The notes under the pieces: generated by a model | What the model saw: the letters and a program-made list of their open reading frames with translations, nothing else | Told to the model about the DNA's origin: nothing | The model's database searches: none | Shown here: positions 1-10,508 of the stretch, piece after piece | Layout of the letters: each line of letters opens with the position of its first letter | How positions within the stretch are numbered: position 1 is the first letter of the stretch | Made by a program: the position numbers and the translations under genes | Source: Monocercomonoides exilis PA203 | Taxonomy: Eukaryota; Protista; Preaxostyla | Direction of reading: 5' to 3' | DNA: 64,000 nt | Assembly: GCA_001643675.2 (NCBI GenBank) | Contig: LSRY02000057.1 | Coordinates: 434,001-498,000, forward strand

Positions 1-391
1 ATCTGAACTTTTTTCAAGCAAATCAACGCACTGAAAGGTAATAAAAGATTCGAAAAGTTTTAATACAACAATCACACACCATCGATTGAATATCTCTGAC
101 ACGAACAGTAGCTTGCTCCGACAAAAGAGCCAACACTTGATTCTCAATTGTTTCCAGCTGATTATCCGTAATTACAAATGGGTGTCCATCGCATCCGATT
201 TCTCTTCCTTCCTTTTCTGCCTTTTTTGCTCGAAACCAAGCACCTTTCGATATAACTTTTTCTTCAAATGCAGTTTGCCATTTAACATAGATATTTTGTT
301 TGATAGCGTATATTTTTTAAATTGGTGACTCAAAAGCTTTATATTTCCTTACTGCAAGTTCTCTATGTAACTGGAAAGCAGTTAATTCCAT
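1..391 (-). pseudogene. N-terminal relic of a pogo-like transposase, running off the left edge of the window
   Basis: Minus frame from ATG 391 reads MELTAFQ...ESPI*...ISKGAWFRAKKAEKEGREIGCDGHP...RDIQSM, then a GT-AG intron (~31-84), then CVDLLEKSSD. It resembles the N-terminus of the transposase at 24776 (SRSAVIRAVSVIESGRAVAKPGRP...RTREL) and has a phase-0 intron at the equivalent position. One in-frame TAA. Confidence 0.5.
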
Positions 392-739
392 GCTTTTTAT
401 TATTCATTATGGATATGATCAGAAAGAAATAAAAGTTTTTAAGGTGCAAGAAAAGTCAAAAAATACAAATTAATCGGATTAATATACTTGATAACTAATT
501 GATAATATGCAAAAACGTACAAACACTTTTTGTTACTTTTTGCATTGAAATATGAAACTTTCATAAGTTTTTGATTTTCAGTTAATGAATCGTTTTTGAC
601 ATTCAAGCTCATCGTTAATGGACTAATAGTTTCTTTGCAATAAAACAGAAAGCACAGTTTGGAACATACAGTTGAAATTCTTTTTTCATTTTGAAAATAC
701 TGCTCATAATTCTTTGTTTCAAATCTGGTTTTGCACTTG

Positions 740-960
740 GATCTGGTAAAGTTCCCTCTGTAATTCGGATCAATGTTTCTTTTGTTTAATTTAATTCAAT
801 GATGACATAATTAGCATGAGCCACTTCACCTTTCTTCCTCTCGACTTCTCTTTATATTCACAGGTTGTCCTTTTATCTTCCTTTTCCATATTTCCTTCTC
901 TTCCAAACAATCTCTTCTATTTTTGGTTTATTAACAGATCCTCCTAATTTAGGGATCATT
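740..960 (-). pseudogene. Degenerate Merlin/IS1595(ISXO2)-like transposase fragment
   Basis: A single minus frame reads PKLGGSVNKPKIEEIVWKRRKYGKGR*KDNL*I*REVERK...KETLIRI. This follows the Merlin pattern KIGG...VEIDE...KRKY.RGR...WVFGGVER...TL..I, with several stops. Confidence 0.5.
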
Positions 961-2729
961 TTATTCTACGTTTGAGCCTTAACAACTTGAACAACTATTG
1001 TCCAATAACCAATTGTTTGATTTGAAACACCTGCCAAAAAAATAGAATTGTTTCGGTTCGAACCCGATCCAGTCGCATTAAAGAATCTGCAAAACAATAT
1101 ATATCGGAAGTTTTATTTTGGAAAATTCTGAATTCTTAAATATAGAGGTTATTTTTTTCTGCATGTTTGATACCAAAGATATGAGAATCTTCTATTTCCT
1201 CCCTTGTTCTCCTCTTGTTTCTGCACTAATGTCAACCCTTAGCAGCGAACTTTTGAATACGTTTGAAAAACCAATTTCATGTTTCTTCTTTTCAAATAAA
1301 ATTGGTATTCAATTCATATACAGTTTTTATTAAACTTAATCAGATCTGCCATCAAATTCTTTTCATCCCAAACAATTAATTAAAATTTTTTTCTCCAAAT
1401 TTTAATAAACAATGAAAAAATAATTCCCGATTGCTGGAAATTTGCTAAATATGTTAATAAATAATGAAAATGACTTTGAGAATTGTTTTTTCTGATGTGT
1501 AAGGAAAAGATTTTTTATTATCATAAACTGCTTTTGATCATTTATAAAACTTCAACAAATCAACAAAATTTCTTATTTTTGTGAACTTTATCATTTTTCC
1601 CCCCGGTCCTTTGGTTTTTTGGTCTTTTGTTTTTTGATTCAACTATAAGTTATTATCCTATCCAATCGCAATGTTCCCGTTGATCATAAATGGCATGTCT
1701 TCTGATAATATATATAGTTTTTTCCTCCAACAAACAACGTGATTTCAACATATTCTCACAGTTGAAGAATCCAGGTTGGTTTTGAGATAAAAATTTTGGA
1801 ATTTTTTGGCATATGATAACTTTACGTAGTCGTTGAAATGTTCACAAAATTTTGAAACATTAATTAAATGTCATTTAATCGAATAAGTAAAACACATATC
1901 GCATAGAATTTTTGGTTTTTAATCTGACATTTTTTTATAAAATAAAATATGATAAAGTTAAATATTGTGGGAGTTATCAATTTTTGAAAAGATGAAAAAA
2001 TGGAAGTTTCGCATTTAGGCTGTGTATTTAATAAAGCATTTAATAAAATGAAAGATATAATAATAAAAATAAAATTAAAAACAAGATTTTACTTTGAAGA
2101 TTTCGGAATAATGAATAGTTAAAATATTTGCATATAAAAATAAAAAATATTTAGGGTGTTTTTTTATAAAAAAATAAGCAGATAAATATTTGAAAATTTT
2201 TTTTATTTTCGAAGCAATTTGTTTTTTATTAATCATTTAATACGCAACAAAAATAAAAATATAAACTACAAACATATCCTCATTGACTACGTTAAGTTAT
2301 CATTAGCCAATTTTTTGTTTTTTCAATAACCAGTTAACGAAAACCTCATAACCAAGAATTTATTCGCTTTTTCTTTTGTTTGTTTCAAATATTCTTTCGA
2401 AAATTTTTTTTCAAATTACTCCCATATTTGGAGTATATCACAAAAAAGACAGTATAATTTCATAAAAAATAATTATGTAATTGATTATTGAAAAACAGAA
2501 AATTGATTTTGTTGAAAAAACATTCCATATTAATGAAAAGAAGAAAAAGAAGAACAATGAATAGAAAAATTTTCAAAAATAGACAAAGAAATTTATTTGT
2601 TCATTAACAATGAAATGATATCGAAAGAATTGCAAATTGAACAAAATCGAATGATCATTTTTCAAAAACTCAAAGAGTTGATATTTAATTTCAAAATATG
2701 GTTTGATCAATCTTTTTTATATTTCCAGA

Positions 2730-5700
2730 ATGAATACTGTTGCTTTGATTGAATGTTTGATTATTTTAGTATTCGGAACAAATGCGATTGAAGAAACAAG
2801 TAAGGAATACACTTTATTCCATGTTCTTATTTCATCAAAAAGTCATATTTTGGAGAAATGGAGTATTGTTCAAATGTTATGTGAAATACATAACTCATCA
2901 GTCGAATTCAAGGGGATATTGTTTGAAGGAGCAGATGATTTTGTAACTTTCGATATTGGAGCTAAATCATTCCTGCAACTTGATGACTGCATGTTGATGA
3001 GAAAAAGAGGTTTCAATAAACATTTTGTCTTCAATGAAGGGACATGTGAATTGACAAACACCACTTTGAACATCGAAAAAAGAGACTATAATTGTGATAT
3101 GACAATGATGAGTCTTGTGAAGATGGAAGGAGATGATTCATCGCTGCTTGTAAGAAACAGTGAGTGGAAGAACATTGTGTTTTGTGGGAGTGGAAGCATT
3201 TTGAGAAGTGGAAAAGGAAGTTTTGAAGGAATCAAAAACTGTGTTTTTTCAAACATCACAATGAAATTCATTAAAACTGATGAAATGACATTTGAGAAAG
3301 TGACAATGATGAAAATGAGCATTACGGAGGATTGCAGTGTTGAAAGTTCGATGAATGTGCTGGAGGGAGGGATTGTGAGTGGAACAGAAGGATCCATTGC
3401 ATTTTCTTGCAACAATTGCACATTCTTCAACAATAAAAGAGTGGATTGGAGAATGGGAAATACAGAAAGAAATTCAACCACAGAAACACAGACATATAAG
3501 AATGCTGAATGGAATGAATGCTCAGCTTCTTGTGGAGGGGCACTGTATGTGCATGACAATTCAAGTGCTACGCTGACTGTTGAGAATTCCTCTTTAGTGA
3601 AATGCAATGCAACTTCAACGAAAGGAGGAGGAATTTATGCATTTAATATTGCAAAATGTTCATTAAAATCTTGTTTTTTTGAAAAATGTATATGTTTCAA
3701 GGAAGATGGAGGGAGTGTTGAAATGGAAGGAATTACGATGCAAGTATTTGTTGAGAATAGCAAATTCAAAGATGGGTGGGCTTTCGACGATGCTGGAGGG
3801 CTTTGCGTTTGGAGATGCAAAACAATAAATTCAAACGATTGCATTTTGGATTGTCTTTTTTCTAATTGCAGCGGGCATAATTCTCAAAACACTGATGGAG
3901 GAGCATTGATTCTTTGGAGTATGGTTGAAAAAATTATAATAAAAAATTGTTTTTTTCGAGATTGTCAGTCTTTATATCATGGTGGTGGACTCAGTCTTCA
4001 AACCGTCGGATTTGGAGGAGAATTGATTTGGTTTTGCATTTTTCACAACAACTCAGCAACATATGGAAATGATATTTTTGTGGAGGATAACTCCACAAAT
4101 TCTCAAGTTGCTTTCTGTTATTCGACACGAATAGAAGGAGTAAGATATTACGCAGGAGGAGATAAAAGTTATTGGCTTCCAAACAATGGAGGGAGAAAAA
4201 GATTTGTTGCTTCAGTTCAAACACAGCCAAATGCAAAAGACACATTCAGCTGTGGATTGAATGAAAGCTGCTCATGCTTCACAATCAGCCATTGCCTTTC
4301 CCAAATGATTTCTGGATTTGTGGAGGAAATCAAGGTGTTGAGTGGAACAGTTGTGGAAGGAAAAGGAGTTGATATTGGGGAGAAAACAATCTTTGTGAAT
4401 GGAGTTTCTCCAGCTGGCTCAGCCATTGAAACACAATTTGAATCAAATGGACTGAGCCTGTTTTGCGTTGGAACAGGGGAGTTGACTGTGAGTGATCTGT
4501 CAGTGGTTCACAATTCGTCACTTGAAAACAACCGAAGAAGCATATTGTTTGAGGTTCAAGGGGCTGGAGGGATCAATTTGGAGAGATTGAATATTTCAAT
4601 GGATGCAGATCATTCAGAAGAGAGGAGCATTCAGAACTCGCTTGTGAAGATGGAAGGGGGAAGTTTGAAGATGAAGGGTGTGAGATGGGGACAAACATTC
4701 AGCACCACAAGTGCGATATCTCTGCCTCAAGGATCTTCAGTTTCATTGTCTCTGGATAACTGCACATTCAGCAACATTGTGAGGACAACAGCAGGATCAT
4801 CGCTGATGAATGTGGGTGAAGGGTCATATTCAATAACTCTTGATGGATGCACGATTGATGGCTGTGGGAGTGAAGACTCTGAGTTTGGAGGAGGGATGAT
4901 GATTGAAATGGGGAATGTTGGTTCATTGACAATGAATGGAGGTATTGTGAGAAACTGTTATGCCTCGACTACTCAAGGGAGAGGAGGAGGGGTTGGGCTG
5001 AAAGTGAGAGATATAAATGTAGAGTTTCTTGTTTCATCAGCATTTGAGGGGAACAGAGCCAAATGGGGAAGTGACATTTTTATTGACTCAATCGATCTGG
5101 AAACAACAGCAAAAAGTGGGAAAATCGCTTCGTTGACTGATTCGTTAGAGACGAAGAGCAAAATGCAAGGATTTGAAAATGGAGATGAATCGTTCCCAAT
5201 TCCACTTTGTGTTTTTTTGTGGAATAACTTTTCTGCGCCAGCATTTGTTGGAGGAGGATCACTGAGCCATGATTTTTCGATGTGTGGATTTAAAGAGTTT
5301 CCATGCTCCACGATTGAGAAGGCAGCATCAGTCCACTTTGAAGGGAAGAAAAAAGACATAACCATTTTTGAATCATTTGCCTTTGAGGATGAAGTGAGCT
5401 TGAGGACAGATGAATGGAACATCAAGGCAAATCAGAATGAAATGAAATGTGGTGTTGCCGATCTGACAGATGGAACGCAAAGCGGATTGATTGAGAACTC
5501 AGTTTCTGTGTCAATGACCAGCATTGTATTTTCTTTGATTCAATCGCTTTCATCTCATGAAAGTGTATTTGAGTGTCATTCAGGGAAACTCACACTGAAC
5601 AAATGTGGGATGGAAGGAGGCACTGATTCTATTTCAACAGTGTTTGTGAGTGTTGTTGGAGGAGCTGTGGAAGTGATTGAGTTTTCAACAGTGAATATAA

Positions 5701-8700
5701 AAAAAGGAGATTCATCGTTTTTCATTGTTGAGGGAAGTATTAATTCAAGGCCTTCACTGAATATAACAAACAGCGATTTTGGAGAAATCACATTTGGCAA
5801 TGGATGTGTTGTTGAGTGCCACAATGGAAATATCGAGAAGATAACAGGATGCACATTTTCATCGATTACTCGTTCGAAGGGAAGTGGAGGGTGCATCAGC
5901 ATAATGAATGGTCATGATGGAAGCGATTACAAAGCAGAAATAAATGACTGCACATTTGAAGGGTGTTCCGTTGAAGGAGAGGAAGAAGAGATTGGAGGTG
6001 GTGCATTCTTTTATAAAGCATCCACAAATACGAATCTGTTGATGAGCGAGTGTGAGTTTTATTATTGCACAGCACTGCACGAAGGGGAAGAAGTTGGATA
6101 TGGAGGAGGAATAATGTTGAACTTGTTGAGTGAAATGGGCGAGGCAACATTTGTGATATCTTCTCCAACTTTTTCTTCTGACAAACAGAACAATGCAAAA
6201 TATGGAAAAGATTTGTTTGTTTCATCTCTATCGCTTATCAGCAGCATCAAGAACGAAACGCTGCCATTTGTGAAAGATAGACTGGAGATACTGACCGAAG
6301 ATTCGATGAAAGGGTATGATGGAGGAAACAGAGAGTGTGCAATCCCACTGATCTATTTCTGGAAAGAGGTTGGGTCGAGTGTATTTGTTGCAGAGGAAGG
6401 AAACAATGTGGTTGTGTGTGGGCTATTGGAGTATCCGTGTGGATCTGTTGATTATGGGATGAGGAGAGGGGGTAGTTTGGGGATTGAGTCGATTGCCATT
6501 CAGGGGACTTGTGATGTGAGGACTGAAATGAGTGTGAGTGGGATGAGGCTGGAAGGAACAAATGGCGAAACAGACAAAATTCAATTTGTGAAAATAATTG
6601 AAGGAGACAAGGATGCTGTTGTTGAATGCAAAGGGGTTGTTCAATTCAAAGAAGTGGGGATTCTGATCCCTAGTGCCTTCGATAACGAGGCAAACATCCT
6701 CGTCCAGACAGGTACAGATGCAATCAAAACGACTATTGCAGGATGTTCAATTCACATAAGTGACAATGCTGAAGGTGAATTGACATTTGTATTGATAAGT
6801 GCCACAAAAGGAATTGTCGAGATTGAAAAGACAAAGATGGCAGGGTTGGCATCAATGCATGAGATAATGAGCATATCAGTTGGATGTGTGATAACCGTGA
6901 GCGATGTTTCCTTTGAAGAAATTTCATTGAGCAGGAAAAGTGCAATTGTGATGAATGAAAATGAGATTCCAGAAAATGGAAATGATAATGCAGAAGAAGA
7001 GTGGAATGTTCTGTTTGAGCAATGTTTATTTTTGAATGTGAAGCACAGCGTGTTAAGCAATCCTTCATTGCTTTTCTGTGATGTACCGAATGAAATGAGA
7101 TTGAAAATGGAGAATTCGACAATTGATAAATGTGGATCGGCAAGCTCGAATGAAGGAGGATGCATGTTTTTCCTTCTCGATGAGAGAGGGGGACTGGAAA
7201 TGAATCACACAAATGTGACAGAATGTTTCTGTTCGAACAATGGGAGAGGCGGAGGATTGTTTTTAAAAACACAGAGTGTTGCAAAGAAGTCTTTGCCATT
7301 TGTGCTGTCGAACATCACATTCAAGGAGAATGTTGCATTGAAAGGGAGAGATGTGTTTGTGAAGAGCATAGACCTTGACTCGCAGATAAGTGAATCACAG
7401 TTCCTGATAAACTTTGGGGAGCCATTTGTGAAGGAGCTGGCGATATGGGGGTGCACAGCAGACGATTATGGGGACGAAGAGGATCTGTTGGGGAGGGTGT
7501 ATGTGTTCAGGAGCGAATTCATATTTGTGTCATCGATTGTGGGAAACAGTAGCAACAGCAAGAACTGTGGGGAAATGAAGAGTGCATGCTCATCGCTGAA
7601 TGTTGGGGTGAGCCACATCATTCCATCGGATTATTCGCAGCTGCTGATATGGAATGAGACAATATTAGCTGGTTCATGCTCAGCTCAAAAGGTGACAATC
7701 AAGTCGATGGAGGCAAGCAGGAATGCTGAGATAAAAGTGAATGAGATGAACTTGGCTGGTGAAGGAGCTGTGACGACATCAGAGTCTGTTAGAATTGAGA
7801 AAGTTTCATTTGTTTTTGGTGTAATGCAGAATGTTGTCTGCTCGTGCTTAATACACCAATTGAATGGATCTCTAATTCTCGAATCTGTTTCATTTCTATC
7901 GGAGAGTGGATCATTGGAGAATTCACAAACCCTTTTTGACTTTTCTCTGCTGGTTGTTGAAAATGGGATATTTGAGGCAGATCGATGTAGCATTGGGTAT
8001 TTGGAATTCTCAAAACCAATGTTCCAGATATTGTGCTCAGAAAGAGCAACATTTGAAGATCTGACTGCTTGCAATGTCCAGTGCACAAGCTCAGTGATTG
8101 AATGTGGAAAGAGTGAGAAAGTGATAATTTCAAAGTTGGCAGTCACAAATATCTCTTTGCAAAATGAAAGTCTAATTTCATTTGAAAATGGCCATTCTTC
8201 ACTCGTTTTATCTTTGACGTTATCATCATTCTCAAACATCAGCCGGCTGTCTTCTGGGCCTTGCATTATTTGCACAGCTCAGCACATGACTAACTTTGAG
8301 ATGTGCAACTGTTCTTTTCATAAATGCACATCAGAGCCATCAAAGGGGAGCCAAGTGGCAATCGCTTTGACTGAGAATATCTTGATGGATTCGTGCACAT
8401 TTGAAGGAAACCTGGCTGATAATACCGAAGAAATAAATGGCGTTGGTAATAAGATCTGTCAGTGGAATGGTTCAGTTGTTGATTTTTCTAGCAGTTCCGT
8501 GATGATGAAAGACACAACAATCTGCAACTCCTCAAAGGGAGGGATGACTGTGAGCGGAGGAAATGTGATGATTGAAAAGGGGGAGTTTGTGAATAATAAT
8601 CCATCTATTGATAGATATCCATCATTGAGAAGAAACATTATCTGTTCAGATTCTGGAACATTGAATGTGATGAGTTTGAAAGGTGGAGATGGATTGAAGG

Positions 8701-10508
8701 ATAATACCTCACTTTGGATGTCGAATGATGGGTGCAGCTTTGAAGGGATTATTTCTGAAAGAGCATCACCATTCTTCATCCCAGTATTGGAAAGTATTGA
8801 AGAAAATGAGAAAGGAGAAGAAATGGAGGTTGTGTTCAAAGGGAAGCTGCTTCTCCCGTGCAACTTGTCATTCATGATTGTAAAGCAGATGGGCGATGAA
8901 AAGCAGATAGAGAAATATGAGTTTGATGAGAGCGGATATGCATCGGAGACAGAAGTCGAAGGGAGACTGAAAAGGGAGATAATTCGTGAGGCAGGAGATG
9001 AGGCAGAGGTGAGAGTGCTCATTCTGTTTGGAAATGCCAAAAACCCATCATCCACTGATCCTTTCATCCTGAAGAACAGAAGTGAGCCCAAGGCCAATGG
9101 AGATGAAAGGATTGTCGAGGGAGGAAAAGAAGGGAAATCGTATTGGTTGTTGATTGTGATAATCATGGGCATCATATTGTTGATTGTTCTGATTGGATTT
9201 ATTTTATTTATTGTTCGATGGAAGAAGGTCAAGAATGAAGCAGAAGATTTGAGAGAGATTGTGAACGACAACATCAGAAAGGATCCGAAGGCATTTGAGA
9301 TGGTAACGATGGAGATGTCACCTGAGGAGCAGTGGAGGAGAGCAGAAAGAGAAGCCGAGAAGAAAAATGATGAGAGGATGAAGAAGAGGGTGTATGATAC
9401 GAATATGCAACATTCTGAGTCATCAGAGCATCTTCTCTCTGAGAGTGGATCAACTGAATACATCCTTGGAAGAGACTCAGACAAGATTCCTCAATGGATG
9501 CTGGAGAAAGAAGAAGAAGATGATGATATATCGAGAAAGAGAACGCCTTCCCCATCCATTTCATCCACTTCAACATCAGATACGACTGATTCAGATTCAA
9601 CATTTGTTCGAGGAGAGGATCTGTGTCCGACAACCTCGTCGATGTCGAACTTGGTGGATGCAATGGCCTGTTCATCACCACATGAGAAGCTGATTGTGGA
9701 TCTGAGGGATTCGCTGTTCATGCTTCTTCATGGGAGAAATGAGAAAAAAGAGATGGCGATTGGAAGTCTTCAAGAGAGAGAAATGACAGCTGCCCAGATC
9801 CTGTTCTGGGTGGCTAATCTCGCCCTTCACTCGTTTGATGAAATGGAAAACCCTCTTCAGTCGCTGGGCAGTCTGAGTCCGCACATTGTGCTGTTCTCCG
9901 AGCACATGGTCATCTGCATTGCCATGCACTCAGATTGTTCATCAGACTCAGACACTTCGTCCTCCATATCTTCATCAACAGTTGTGACATCAGCAAGTGA
10001 TGATGAAAGCGACTCTTTGCCCTCATCTGCCTTTGAGGATGATGAAGACAACAGAAAGGAGTGTTTGCGATGGAAGGCACCAGAGCTGCTGAATGGGACA
10101 AAAAAGCATGCAACGAAAAAGACGGTGGTGTTCTCGATAGGGATGATGCTGTGGGAGTGTTTGACGCTGCAGATTCCGTTTGGGGAGTATGAGGCTGAGA
10201 CAGCTGGAGAGAAGATAAAGAATGGGGAGAGGCCAGGAATGGAGAGCATACGTGGATCAGAGATGTGTGAAGCGGTGGAAAACGGGTTGGATGGAGATCC
10301 AGAAAGGAGAGCATCGTTGATGCAGGTGAAGCGGTATCTGGTTGGGCACTTGCCATCGGGGTACACGATGGCGACAGTGTCAGATGCAATTGCATATTGT
10401 GAAGGGTCGGAGGAATGCGGGTCAGAATACATTGAGCGGAGCGGGGTTATTGTGAAGCTGCATTCTGGATCTGAAAGCGAAATACAAACAAGAGAAAGCA
10501 GTGGATGA
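2730..10508 (+). CDS. Giant single-pass surface/receptor-like protein (~2592 aa): signal peptide, repeated Cys/Gly-rich beta-helix-like modules, TM helix, degenerate TKL-like kinase C-lobe (copy A)
   Basis: Uninterrupted ORF; first ATG at 2730 (the track starts at TTG 2703). Hydrophobic N-terminus MNTVALIECLIILVFG. Repeated FV...CG...PC.TI and GGG...N.A..G.DIF motifs. TM segment YWLLIVIIMGIILLIVLIGFILFIV followed by RWKK. Kinase subdomain VIII-XI motifs RWKAPELL, VFSIGMMLWE...IPF, GERP. Confidence 0.9.
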   Translation: MNTVALIECLIILVFGTNAIEETSKEYTLFHVLISSKSHILEKWSIVQMLCEIHNSSVEFKGILFEGADDFVTFDIGAKSFLQLDDCMLMRKRGFNKHFVFNEGTCELTNTTLNIEKRDYNCDMTMMSLVKMEGDDSSLLVRNSEWKNIVFCGSGSILRSGKGSFEGIKNCVFSNITMKFIKTDEMTFEKVTMMKMSITEDCSVESSMNVLEGGIVSGTEGSIAFSCNNCTFFNNKRVDWRMGNTERNSTTETQTYKNAEWNECSASCGGALYVHDNSSATLTVENSSLVKCNATSTKGGGIYAFNIAKCSLKSCFFEKCICFKEDGGSVEMEGITMQVFVENSKFKDGWAFDDAGGLCVWRCKTINSNDCILDCLFSNCSGHNSQNTDGGALILWSMVEKIIIKNCFFRDCQSLYHGGGLSLQTVGFGGELIWFCIFHNNSATYGNDIFVEDNSTNSQVAFCYSTRIEGVRYYAGGDKSYWLPNNGGRKRFVASVQTQPNAKDTFSCGLNESCSCFTISHCLSQMISGFVEEIKVLSGTVVEGKGVDIGEKTIFVNGVSPAGSAIETQFESNGLSLFCVGTGELTVSDLSVVHNSSLENNRRSILFEVQGAGGINLERLNISMDADHSEERSIQNSLVKMEGGSLKMKGVRWGQTFSTTSAISLPQGSSVSLSLDNCTFSNIVRTTAGSSLMNVGEGSYSITLDGCTIDGCGSEDSEFGGGMMIEMGNVGSLTMNGGIVRNCYASTTQGRGGGVGLKVRDINVEFLVSSAFEGNRAKWGSDIFIDSIDLETTAKSGKIASLTDSLETKSKMQGFENGDESFPIPLCVFLWNNFSAPAFVGGGSLSHDFSMCGFKEFPCSTIEKAASVHFEGKKKDITIFESFAFEDEVSLRTDEWNIKANQNEMKCGVADLTDGTQSGLIENSVSVSMTSIVFSLIQSLSSHESVFECHSGKLTLNKCGMEGGTDSISTVFVSVVGGAVEVIEFSTVNIKKGDSSFFIVEGSINSRPSLNITNSDFGEITFGNGCVVECHNGNIEKITGCTFSSITRSKGSGGCISIMNGHDGSDYKAEINDCTFEGCSVEGEEEEIGGGAFFYKASTNTNLLMSECEFYYCTALHEGEEVGYGGGIMLNLLSEMGEATFVISSPTFSSDKQNNAKYGKDLFVSSLSLISSIKNETLPFVKDRLEILTEDSMKGYDGGNRECAIPLIYFWKEVGSSVFVAEEGNNVVVCGLLEYPCGSVDYGMRRGGSLGIESIAIQGTCDVRTEMSVSGMRLEGTNGETDKIQFVKIIEGDKDAVVECKGVVQFKEVGILIPSAFDNEANILVQTGTDAIKTTIAGCSIHISDNAEGELTFVLISATKGIVEIEKTKMAGLASMHEIMSISVGCVITVSDVSFEEISLSRKSAIVMNENEIPENGNDNAEEEWNVLFEQCLFLNVKHSVLSNPSLLFCDVPNEMRLKMENSTIDKCGSASSNEGGCMFFLLDERGGLEMNHTNVTECFCSNNGRGGGLFLKTQSVAKKSLPFVLSNITFKENVALKGRDVFVKSIDLDSQISESQFLINFGEPFVKELAIWGCTADDYGDEEDLLGRVYVFRSEFIFVSSIVGNSSNSKNCGEMKSACSSLNVGVSHIIPSDYSQLLIWNETILAGSCSAQKVTIKSMEASRNAEIKVNEMNLAGEGAVTTSESVRIEKVSFVFGVMQNVVCSCLIHQLNGSLILESVSFLSESGSLENSQTLFDFSLLVVENGIFEADRCSIGYLEFSKPMFQILCSERATFEDLTACNVQCTSSVIECGKSEKVIISKLAVTNISLQNESLISFENGHSSLVLSLTLSSFSNISRLSSGPCIICTAQHMTNFEMCNCSFHKCTSEPSKGSQVAIALTENILMDSCTFEGNLADNTEEINGVGNKICQWNGSVVDFSSSSVMMKDTTICNSSKGGMTVSGGNVMIEKGEFVNNNPSIDRYPSLRRNIICSDSGTLNVMSLKGGDGLKDNTSLWMSNDGCSFEGIISERASPFFIPVLESIEENEKGEEMEVVFKGKLLLPCNLSFMIVKQMGDEKQIEKYEFDESGYASETEVEGRLKREIIREAGDEAEVRVLILFGNAKNPSSTDPFILKNRSEPKANGDERIVEGGKEGKSYWLLIVIIMGIILLIVLIGFILFIVRWKKVKNEAEDLREIVNDNIRKDPKAFEMVTMEMSPEEQWRRAEREAEKKNDERMKKRVYDTNMQHSESSEHLLSESGSTEYILGRDSDKIPQWMLEKEEEDDDISRKRTPSPSISSTSTSDTTDSDSTFVRGEDLCPTTSSMSNLVDAMACSSPHEKLIVDLRDSLFMLLHGRNEKKEMAIGSLQEREMTAAQILFWVANLALHSFDEMENPLQSLGSLSPHIVLFSEHMVICIAMHSDCSSDSDTSSSISSSTVVTSASDDESDSLPSSAFEDDEDNRKECLRWKAPELLNGTKKHATKKTVVFSIGMMLWECLTLQIPFGEYEAETAGEKIKNGERPGMESIRGSEMCEAVENGLDGDPERRASLMQVKRYLVGHLPSGYTMATVSDAIAYCEGSEECGSEYIERSGVIVKLHSGSESEIQTRESSG

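Noticed and set aside
1053-1068. GGTTCGAACCC B-box/T-loop-like motif suggesting a tRNA
   Set aside because: Only a 4-bp stem; no acceptor stem, D-arm/A-box or anticodon arm on either strand.
2870-10432. Numerous antisense and alternate-frame ORFs over the large genes (also across 27.8-42 kb and 51-62 kb)
   Set aside because: Shadow ORFs caused by codon bias and low-complexity repeats; no independent motifs.
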